A stretch of 64,000 nucleotides of DNA. It comes from Candidatus Levyibacteriota bacterium. GTDB taxonomy: Bacteria > Patescibacteriota > Microgenomatia > Levybacterales > GWA1-39-11. Of this stretch, positions 18,285 to 26,256 are shown one piece after another; within the stretch, counting starts at the first letter, position 1, and the number at the start of each line of letters is the position of its first letter. The stretch covers positions 87,029 through 151,028 of the forward strand of contig JAGORM010000001.1 of assembly GCA_018062815.1 (NCBI GenBank), in the 5' to 3' direction. The position numbers were made by a program, and so were the translations under genes. Below the pieces are notes generated by a model that did not search any database, was not told the DNA's origin, and worked only from the letters and a program-made list of their open reading frames with translations.

Positions 18285-20447
18285 ATGTTAAAACAACTGC
18301 CCATATTGTTTTTTTCAACGCTTCTTTTTTTGGTATTTTCCTTTCATGCTAGCTATGCTCAATCAACATCAGTTGTTAATCTCTCTGGTAATCCCTCAGG
18401 AGCTGTAAACGTTAGAATTGCGGATGACTCAGATCCGGTTCAAATTGATGACTCAATTACTCCAACGATCGGAGATTGGATACCTGATTCAACAGTAACT
18501 TTTGTGGGAAAAACTGCAAATAGAGCTGGAGATTTTCTTGATTGGACTATCAGAAATTATGATTGGACTTGTGTAAAAACTAATACCGGGTCATGTACGA
18601 GTTCAGGGAATCCGTTGGTAGGGTTTTGGGCATTGATTAGAAATATTGTTTACGCACTTCTTGTTATATTGGTTTTGGTTGCCGCGTTTGTAATGATAAT
18701 AACGCGTGGTAGAAACATAACAATTACCCGTTTTATCCCACGTTTTATATTTATTATTGTTTTAGTAACCTTATCATATGCTCTCGTACAATTTATTTAT
18801 CAAGTGACGGATATTATTCAGGGATTTTTTCTTAGAACTGATGGAAAGCTTATATCTACCAAAGACTTAATATTTATCGGATTTGATTATAAAAATTTTG
18901 AGGGAGCAAGACGATACGGTTCCCAGTATGATGAATCCGCTTTTATCACCCTTTTACTGGTACGGCTTACGGCGCTTACCTATTATGTTATGACTGGGGT
19001 GTTGTTGGTAAGAAAAATTATTTTATGGTTTTTTATTATCTTGTCTCCTGTTTTTCCGCTTTTGCTTTTTTTCAAGCCAATAAGAAATACGGGTAAGATA
19101 TGGGTGGGTGAGTTTTTCAGATGGTTATTATATGCGCCTCTGTTTGCAATTTTTTTACAAGGGTTAGTTGTATTATGGAAAAGTAAGGGAGGTATACCAT
19201 TAGCATTTGATTTTACAAACGTAGGGAATGTTATTTATCCGACAGCAGTAAACATTTTGATAGGTGGTCCTGGGCAAAAGATATTTTTTGATACTGAAAC
19301 AAGCTCCAACAGCGTTAATTTACAGGACACATTCGCGCTATATGTTGTAGCACTGTTAATGTTATGGGTTGTGATTATACTACCATTCTTGCTTCTTAAA
19401 ATTTTCTTAGATTACTTAGGTGGGTTATCCCTTCAAGATAATGTTACAATGAAAAGACTTCTGAATCGCGGATCTGAATTCTTACCTCTTAACCGTCCTC
19501 CTGCCCCTTCCCCATCTGCTCCACTCCCTCCGTCGCAGGGTGCAGGTAGGGCAATGCAAATACCATTTAATGCTGCTGCCTCCCGAAGCATATCTGAAAA
19601 TAGAACAATCAGTTCAGCACAGTCTAATCGTTCAATAACATCAATTCCTGTTAACGCACAGATATTGCAACTCGCAAACTTATCAGTGCCAAAAATGCGA
19701 GATATTGCCCGCTTTGAAACATCTATGGTAACCCATAATTCATCAAAGATGCAGGACGTTTCCAGACTTAAAACATCACTTACAAGAATTTCAAATCCGT
19801 CTACTATTACTGCCCCATTAGAGAGAGAAAGATATACACAAGTAAAACAACAATTAATGTCAGAAAAACAAAAAGGCAACGTTCTAGCTTCCTCAATTTT
19901 GACTGCAGCAAATACGACTGCCGCACCGTACCAAAAGGGAATGGTGTCATCTCAACAAGTGCATTTGCCACAGGCAAATAAAGTTCAACAAGTAAGTATA
20001 GAGGACTATGAAGAAGTAAGAAAAATGTGGCAAGATACGTATCAAAACTCAACTCCTCCAACTGATCTTTCGGGAAAGAAAGATTCAAGAGAGGAGTGGA
20101 TTAAAGGAGATATAGATAAAATTAATCAAGCTATAACACTTTTAAATTCAGTTGATCCTGTAAGAACCCAAGAGGGAATGGATATGGTTTCAAATATACT
20201 TCCGTTCTTAATGATTGGTGGATTCTCCAAGACTGAAGTTATAGCTTATCTCAAGGCTAAATTAGAGGCAGCCAAAGATGTTCTTTCAGCAAGTTCAAAG
20301 AAAAACGAAGAAGATGATACCATGATGGATCGTGAAGAAAAAACTGCAACCACACAGAAGCATATGAGTACCCATGCTGAGGCAGAAATCCCAACAGTAG
20401 ATGATGGTGCAAAAAAACTTGAAGATTTAAGAAAACAAGGATTATAG
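18285..20447 (+). CDS. VirB6/TrbL-like polytopic membrane protein with long hydrophilic C-terminal extension
   Basis: Signal peptide, roughly 90-aa exported domain, then about 6 TM helices. C-terminal half of about 350 aa begins with a Pro-rich segment (NRPPAPSPSAPLPPSQ) and is otherwise polar and S/T-, K/E- and Q-rich. Confidence 0.35.
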   Translation: MLKQLPILFFSTLLFLVFSFHASYAQSTSVVNLSGNPSGAVNVRIADDSDPVQIDDSITPTIGDWIPDSTVTFVGKTANRAGDFLDWTIRNYDWTCVKTNTGSCTSSGNPLVGFWALIRNIVYALLVILVLVAAFVMIITRGRNITITRFIPRFIFIIVLVTLSYALVQFIYQVTDIIQGFFLRTDGKLISTKDLIFIGFDYKNFEGARRYGSQYDESAFITLLLVRLTALTYYVMTGVLLVRKIILWFFIILSPVFPLLLFFKPIRNTGKIWVGEFFRWLLYAPLFAIFLQGLVVLWKSKGGIPLAFDFTNVGNVIYPTAVNILIGGPGQKIFFDTETSSNSVNLQDTFALYVVALLMLWVVIILPFLLLKIFLDYLGGLSLQDNVTMKRLLNRGSEFLPLNRPPAPSPSAPLPPSQGAGRAMQIPFNAAASRSISENRTISSAQSNRSITSIPVNAQILQLANLSVPKMRDIARFETSMVTHNSSKMQDVSRLKTSLTRISNPSTITAPLERERYTQVKQQLMSEKQKGNVLASSILTAANTTAAPYQKGMVSSQQVHLPQANKVQQVSIEDYEEVRKMWQDTYQNSTPPTDLSGKKDSREEWIKGDIDKINQAITLLNSVDPVRTQEGMDMVSNILPFLMIGGFSKTEVIAYLKAKLEAAKDVLSASSKKNEEDDTMMDREEKTATTQKHMSTHAEAEIPTVDDGAKKLEDLRKQGL

Positions 20448-20497
20448 AGTAGACTTGCAAAAAAAGAATAAAATCCACATAATATAATACACTGCCT

Positions 20498-23161
20498 ATG
20501 TTCGGAAATTTATTTAACACAGCAAAACAAGATGACCAGATAGTGACACACAATACAAGGGTTGATATTGATAACCCTATGCTAGGGGGAGCAAATATTT
20601 CCATTAACTCATCAGGTAATCCAAGTCAGATACAACCCTCCCCATCAATTTCCCAGAACCCTGTAGGGATGGACCCACAAAAAAGAGAAAACATGTTTGC
20701 TTTATCCCGCCTTGATCCACGATCACTTCAAGTTCTTCATCATGCTCAGGAGGAAACCAAGCGATTGTCTCAGGAGTTTATTAATCCGGAGCAACTACTT
20801 TTAGGACTTTTTTATGATGGGGATGTTTTTCGCATATTAGAACAATTTAATGTAGATGTTGCAAAATTAACCCATGAGATTCAAGCAAAAGAAAGGCCTG
20901 GTACTTTTTCGGGACAGCCCACTATGGGGCCAAGCGTTGTTAAGATATTTGATGAGGCATATTCAAACGCAAAAAAAAGAGGTGCTTCATTTGTCTCCCC
21001 TGAGGATATAATGGTTGCGCTTTTTTCTGAAACATCAACCTCTGAATTCTTAAAAACATTTGGTGTGCAGAGAGATAAATTAGAGGAAAAATTGTCTAAA
21101 TCTACAGGCTATGTTTCATCTTCAAGAAAAAGCGTGTTAGAAAAATACGGTATTGACCTGACTCAGGAAGCAAAGGACGGCAAGTTAGATCCTATTGCCG
21201 GCCGCGAGCGGGAAACAGAGCGTTTGATTCACATACTATTAAGAAGAACCAAGAATAATCCGATAATTATTGGCGAGGCGGGAGTGGGAAAGACAGCAAT
21301 CGTTGAGTCGCTTGCTCTTAAAATCGCAGAAGGGTCGGTTCCTCACGACCTTTTAAATAAGCGAATTATTCAACTGGAGCTTGCTTCACTGGTTGCAGGA
21401 GCTTCACATAGGGGTGAGTTTGAGGAAAGATTGCAGGACGTGATTAAGGAAACACAAGCATCAAATGGCCAAGTAATATTATTCATAGATGAAATTCATA
21501 CTCTTATCGGGACAGGGGACACGCAAGGAGCTATGGATGCTTCAAATATAATAAAACCATATTTAGCAAGAGGGCAGTTGCAACTTATCGGAACCACAAC
21601 TACTGCTGAGTACCGTAAATATTTTGAAAAAGATAAGGCCTTTGAAAGACGTTTCCAAGCTGTATTAGTTGACGAGCCGACTGAAGAAGTTGCCGAGCAG
21701 ATGCTTGAAGTATTAAAACCCAAATATGAAAAATTTCATTCAGTTGAGATTACTCCAGAGGCGATTAAGGCGGCTGTTCATCTTTCAAAAAAGTATATAG
21801 GAGAAAGATACTTACCCGATAAGGCTGTTGACTTATTAGATGAAGCGGCAGCAGAGGTAAAATTGCAGCATACAGAAGGAAAAAGACAGGACAATAAGGT
21901 CATAAAATCAGACATAGAAAAAGTCGTGTCCGCATGGACTGGAATTCCTATAACTCGTCTCACTGAGGATGAATCTCAAAAGTTAATTCACCTGGAGGAT
22001 ATCATTCACAAACGATTAATTGATCAAGAAGAGGCAGTAGCTGCAGTATCTGAGGCGGTAAGACGTGGGAGGATTGGTCTTGCAAGTGCAAACAGGCCAA
22101 TAGCATCATTTATCTTTTTGGGTCCAACTGGAGTTGGAAAAACAGAGTTGGCAAAAACTCTCGCGGAGATTTTATTTGGAAGGGATGATCTTATGATTAG
22201 GCTTGATATGTCAGAATATATGGAAAAGCATGAGGTTGCAAAACTTATTGGAGCTCCTCCAGGATACGTTGGGTACGAAGAAGGTGGACAGCTAACAGAA
22301 GCGGTACGTGCAAAACCGTATTCAATAGTGCTCTTAGATGAAATAGAAAAAGCTCATCCAGATGTATTTAATATTTTACTTCAGCTACTTGAAGATGGAA
22401 GACTTACTGACAACAAAGGGAATACGATATCTTTTAAGAATACTATTATTATCGCAACGTCAAATATAGGATCTTCACTTATTCAACAAACTCTTTTAAC
22501 TCAAAGCTCAAACGCAACGCAGGTGGTTTCTCCTGCTGAAGAAGCAAAAAGATTTTCATCTCTATCAAAAACCCTGATGGATGAGTTAAGAAAATTTTTT
22601 AAACCAGAGTTGTTAAATCGATTTGATGAAATAGTAATGTTTAAACCATTGCGTCAGCAAGATATGATGCAGATTGCAAAAATAGGCATATCTAAGACAC
22701 AAAAATTATTAGCGGAGCAAGAGATAAACCTAACTATAACGGAGAAAGCATTAGGTGTATTATCAAAAGAAGGATACGATCCTGTATACGGAGCGCGTCC
22801 GTTAAGAAGACTTATACAGTCAGCAATTGAAAATCCAATTGCGATACTACTTATTAATAAAACTTTTACCGTGCACGATACTGTTCAAATTGATTATGAT
22901 GATGCAAAGGCTCAGTTCACATTTACAAAGTTGACACAGCCAGTGGACAAACAGGAACAGCAGCCCATACCCGCGTCCTCAGCACAAGTTGCAACCCAAC
23001 AATCTAATATGGCAGCAGCTGGTTCGGTTGAAGCAGCAAATGGGAATGGAATTTTATCTGATATCGCAAAGGAACATTCGGCTGCTATCCCTCCTCCCGT
23101 ACAATCTGCGCCCCCAATGTCATCTGTTGACTCAAGTGGTACTATAATGCAACCTGCCTAA
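20498..23161 (+). CDS. ClpB-like Hsp100 AAA+ ATPase lacking the M-domain, with N-terminal extension and Q/A/P-rich C-terminal tail
   Basis: Two Clp_N repeats. D1 Walker A GEAGVGKTA and Walker B ILFIDEIH. D2 GPTGVGKTELAKTLAE, Walker B VLLDEIEKAH. ClpB-like D2 segment TSNIGSSLIQQ with no ClpP-binding IG[FL] loop. Only about 28 aa separate ...DLLDEAAAEVKLQ and VVSAWTGIP, where ClpB carries a roughly 120-aa coiled-coil M-domain. Confidence 0.8.
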   Translation: MFGNLFNTAKQDDQIVTHNTRVDIDNPMLGGANISINSSGNPSQIQPSPSISQNPVGMDPQKRENMFALSRLDPRSLQVLHHAQEETKRLSQEFINPEQLLLGLFYDGDVFRILEQFNVDVAKLTHEIQAKERPGTFSGQPTMGPSVVKIFDEAYSNAKKRGASFVSPEDIMVALFSETSTSEFLKTFGVQRDKLEEKLSKSTGYVSSSRKSVLEKYGIDLTQEAKDGKLDPIAGRERETERLIHILLRRTKNNPIIIGEAGVGKTAIVESLALKIAEGSVPHDLLNKRIIQLELASLVAGASHRGEFEERLQDVIKETQASNGQVILFIDEIHTLIGTGDTQGAMDASNIIKPYLARGQLQLIGTTTTAEYRKYFEKDKAFERRFQAVLVDEPTEEVAEQMLEVLKPKYEKFHSVEITPEAIKAAVHLSKKYIGERYLPDKAVDLLDEAAAEVKLQHTEGKRQDNKVIKSDIEKVVSAWTGIPITRLTEDESQKLIHLEDIIHKRLIDQEEAVAAVSEAVRRGRIGLASANRPIASFIFLGPTGVGKTELAKTLAEILFGRDDLMIRLDMSEYMEKHEVAKLIGAPPGYVGYEEGGQLTEAVRAKPYSIVLLDEIEKAHPDVFNILLQLLEDGRLTDNKGNTISFKNTIIIATSNIGSSLIQQTLLTQSSNATQVVSPAEEAKRFSSLSKTLMDELRKFFKPELLNRFDEIVMFKPLRQQDMMQIAKIGISKTQKLLAEQEINLTITEKALGVLSKEGYDPVYGARPLRRLIQSAIENPIAILLINKTFTVHDTVQIDYDDAKAQFTFTKLTQPVDKQEQQPIPASSAQVATQQSNMAAAGSVEAANGNGILSDIAKEHSAAIPPPVQSAPPMSSVDSSGTIMQPA

Positions 23162-23185
23162 TTTCTTCTTGGTATAATAAAATAT

Positions 23186-24940
23186 ATGCAAAGAATATTT
23201 CATGTGTTACGGCGTATTGATACCCGTTTTTTTCTCTTACCCTTTTTATTATTTGCATTTGGAGCAATCGGATATTTAGGTATCCAGGGGGTTTTTTTTC
23301 AAAAAGATAAAATATTTCCACAGGGTGTACGGTATATTCCGGATCAAATAATAGTCAAATATAAAATTGGACAATCTCCAGATGAGCTTCAGAATGCAGG
23401 GAAAACAGAAGATAGAAAGGTACTGTTGTCTGCACTATCAAATGTTGGAGTTTCTTCTCAAAAGAGGTTGTACGTGTCAGAAAATTCTTTGCTTGAAAAT
23501 TATTATGTATTAACTCTCAAGTCTGGTTTTACAGTCCCAGATGCATATAGCAATATTAAAAAGATACCTGAAATAGAAAGTGCTGCCCCTGATTATATAT
23601 TAAAAATACAGGAAGCCCCAAATGATCCATATTACCCATCTATGTGGAATCTTTCTAAAATTGAGGCAGAAATGGTGTGGAATAGAGTGCATGTAGATGG
23701 GAAGGTTATAGTTGCAGTTATAGATACAGGAGTTGACTATCAACACGAGGACTTACAAGACGTGGTAATAAAAGGTAAAAATTTTATTTCTAATGATAAT
23801 AATCCGATGGATGATCAGGGGCATGGGACTCATGTTGCAGGAATAGCTGCTGCAGTTACAGATAATGGTATAGGAATAAGTGGGGTCTCCTGGGGGGCTA
23901 AAATTTTGGCTATTAAGGCGTGTGATAAAAATGGAGACTGTAGTACGGCAAATGTTTCAAGAGCTATTCAGTATGCCGTAGACAACAATGCAAAAATTAT
24001 TAATGTCAGCATTGCAGGGAGCGGTTCATGTAACGGAACGTATACTGATGTATTAAGATATGCATTAAGAAAAGGTGCAATGGTTGTTGTTGCTGCTGGA
24101 AACGGAAATAATGGAGACGGAATAGGTGTGGATGTAGAATCTCAAATACCTGCATCATGTGAAGGCTCTATCGCAGTGGGTTCAATTACAGCAGAAGGTA
24201 AAAGATCAAATTTTTCTAATTTTGGTTCTAAGGTTGAGATTTCCGCTCCCGGCGGCGCTGGACCTTGTACAATTGAGAGTTGTATTATTTCTACTAGCAT
24301 TAACAACTCATACTCACTTCGTTCTGGGACTTCTATGGCCGCCCCTCAGGTAAGTGCTGTTGCTGCGCTCCTTTTGTCCAATGATAGAAATCTTTCTATG
24401 TCAAAAATTCGTTCCTGTATTCTAAATGGTGGGAACAGTCTTCAAACAGATAAAAATATCGGGCTTCTTTTGAATGCTCAAAATTCATTGAGTATATGTA
24501 CTAAAACTGAACCTACCCCCACCCCAAAAAATATTAATAATATGTCATCTATTGCAGGTACAGTGTTTATTGACACTAATAAAAATAACAAATTTGATTC
24601 AACAGAAAAAACATTATCATCTGTCCAGATCATTTTATCTGGCTTAACTAATGATAGTGTAATAAGTAATTCAAAAGGAAAATATTTATTTTTGAGATTA
24701 CCAAGTGGTCAACACACAATATCTGCGACATTAAACGGGAAAAGCGTAATTACACCTATTAATATTTCTGTTGTATCAAACAATGCTGCTCAGCTTAATA
24801 TACCTGTACCCTCCGAAAAGGTAATTATTAAGCCAACACCTTCTGTTAGTGAACAAAAAACCTCTTCTCAATGCTTTGTCGATCCAGACTGCTTGAAAAG
24901 CAAGAAGTCAGTTCAAATATGTTCTTTTCAATGCGAATGA
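23186..24940 (+). CDS. Membrane-anchored subtilisin-like serine protease (peptidase S8) with C-terminal Cna-B/SdrD-B-like domain and Cys-rich tail
   Basis: N-terminal TM helix. Catalytic triad motifs VAVIDTGVD, GHGTHVAG and GTSMAAP. TPTP linker, then GTVFIDTNKNNKFD...KGKYLF...GQHTISAT resembling B-type repeats. C-terminal CFVDPDC...CSFQC. Confidence 0.85.
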   Translation: MQRIFHVLRRIDTRFFLLPFLLFAFGAIGYLGIQGVFFQKDKIFPQGVRYIPDQIIVKYKIGQSPDELQNAGKTEDRKVLLSALSNVGVSSQKRLYVSENSLLENYYVLTLKSGFTVPDAYSNIKKIPEIESAAPDYILKIQEAPNDPYYPSMWNLSKIEAEMVWNRVHVDGKVIVAVIDTGVDYQHEDLQDVVIKGKNFISNDNNPMDDQGHGTHVAGIAAAVTDNGIGISGVSWGAKILAIKACDKNGDCSTANVSRAIQYAVDNNAKIINVSIAGSGSCNGTYTDVLRYALRKGAMVVVAAGNGNNGDGIGVDVESQIPASCEGSIAVGSITAEGKRSNFSNFGSKVEISAPGGAGPCTIESCIISTSINNSYSLRSGTSMAAPQVSAVAALLLSNDRNLSMSKIRSCILNGGNSLQTDKNIGLLLNAQNSLSICTKTEPTPTPKNINNMSSIAGTVFIDTNKNNKFDSTEKTLSSVQIILSGLTNDSVISNSKGKYLFLRLPSGQHTISATLNGKSVITPINISVVSNNAAQLNIPVPSEKVIIKPTPSVSEQKTSSQCFVDPDCLKSKKSVQICSFQCE

Positions 24941-24983
24941 AAGCTTAGAAAAATGGCCTCAGATCTGGTAGAATAGGTAACAC

Positions 24984-25838
24984 ATGAAGAAAGACTATTA
25001 CGAAATATTAGGAGTCTCAAAAAACGCTACTCCTGAAGAATTAAAAAGGGCATATAGAAAATTGGCCTTACAGTATCACCCAGATAAAAATAAAACCCAG
25101 GAAGGGGAAGAAAAGTTTAAGGAAATAAATCATGCATATGAAGTGCTTTCGGATTCTACTAAGCGTGCAACATATGACCAGGTAGGTCCATCCGGATTTG
25201 ATGGAAGTGCGGGATCACCTTTTGGTGGGCAGAGAGGAGGTCAGTACGGACCGTTCACATACTCATATGGTAACAGTGGGGAGGGGGCAAATTATGATTT
25301 TGGCGGTTTCTCCGACCCTTTTGAGATATTTGAGCAATTTTTTGGGGGTGGGTACGCAAAGCGTAAACCAAGATATAGTATAACAATAGATTTTTTAGAG
25401 GCTGTTCATGGTACTTCAAAAAAAGTGTCCATAGACGGAAAAACTCAAACAATTAAAATACCTGCAGGGGTAGATAATGGATCAAGAATTCAATTCCCAA
25501 ATTATGAAGTGATTGTAGGAGTAAGAGGGAGTAGTAAATTCCAGAGGGAAGGGAATGATATTGTAGCTGAAAGTGTAATTTCATTGCCTATCGCCATTCT
25601 TGGTGGCACTATTGAAATAGAAACAGTACATGGTCAAGTAACGCTTAAAATCCCTGCGGGAACTCAGCCTGATACCTTAATGAGAGTAAAGGGAAAAGGC
25701 GTTCCTCGCGTGAGAGGTGGGGGAAGCGGGGATCATTTTGTTCGAATTAAAATTCAAATCCCCACAAGAATAAATTCACGACAAAAGGAACTGCTTAATG
25801 AGTTTGACGCAGAAAGCCGCAAGAAGAAATGGTTTTAA
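24984..25838 (+). CDS. DnaJ-class J-domain chaperone (type II/CbpA-like, no zinc-finger domain)
   Basis: J domain with HPD ([32 protein letters not shown]), G/F-rich region, and C-terminal substrate-binding beta domains. No CxxCxGxG repeats. Confidence 0.85.
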   Translation: MKKDYYEILGVSKNATPEELKRAYRKLALQYHPDKNKTQEGEEKFKEINHAYEVLSDSTKRATYDQVGPSGFDGSAGSPFGGQRGGQYGPFTYSYGNSGEGANYDFGGFSDPFEIFEQFFGGGYAKRKPRYSITIDFLEAVHGTSKKVSIDGKTQTIKIPAGVDNGSRIQFPNYEVIVGVRGSSKFQREGNDIVAESVISLPIAILGGTIEIETVHGQVTLKIPAGTQPDTLMRVKGKGVPRVRGGGSGDHFVRIKIQIPTRINSRQKELLNEFDAESRKKKWF

Positions 25839-25911
25839 TAAAAGACACACAAAACCATAATTGTCTTAAACTATTGCTTTCCCTCGTTGTAAACATCTAA
25901 TATGTATACAT

Positions 25912-26250
25912 ATGGGTATTCTGTCCTATCCCTTTCTAGTGGTTTTGTTTTGGTATAAAGAAGGTTTATTACGATTATTGCTTTACTTCCGTTCATTTGA
26001 TGACTACTGTATACGACTATTTTCTCTGCATGGATTATTTTCAAGCTACTTTAAGCCTTTAAAAAACGAATACAGAAAGAATCTTGTTTTATTCTCGGTA
26101 TTTTTTGGGATGGTAGTTAAAACGTTTCTAATTATTGTCTCACTTTCTATATTGTTTATAGTTTTACTATTTGAAGGATTATTAATTTTTATCTATGTTC
26201 TTTTTCCAGTCTTGCCTTTATTTATTATATTCCTATCTAAATACTTATAA
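25912..26250 (+). CDS. Hypothetical small polytopic membrane protein
   Basis: 112 aa, 3 predicted TM helices, 6 nt upstream of the membrane-anchored Clp-like ATPase. Confidence 0.45.
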   Translation: MGILSYPFLVVLFWYKEGLLRLLLYFRSFDDYCIRLFSLHGLFSSYFKPLKNEYRKNLVLFSVFFGMVVKTFLIIVSLSILFIVLLFEGLLIFIYVLFPVLPLFIIFLSKYL

Positions 26251-26256
26251 ATCCAA

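Noticed and set aside
19433-20604. Minus-strand ORFs (148, 93, 115 aa) overlapping the VirB6-like gene and the start of clpB
   Set aside because: Antisense shadow ORFs in a long coding region. Cys/Phe-rich odd composition and no RBS.
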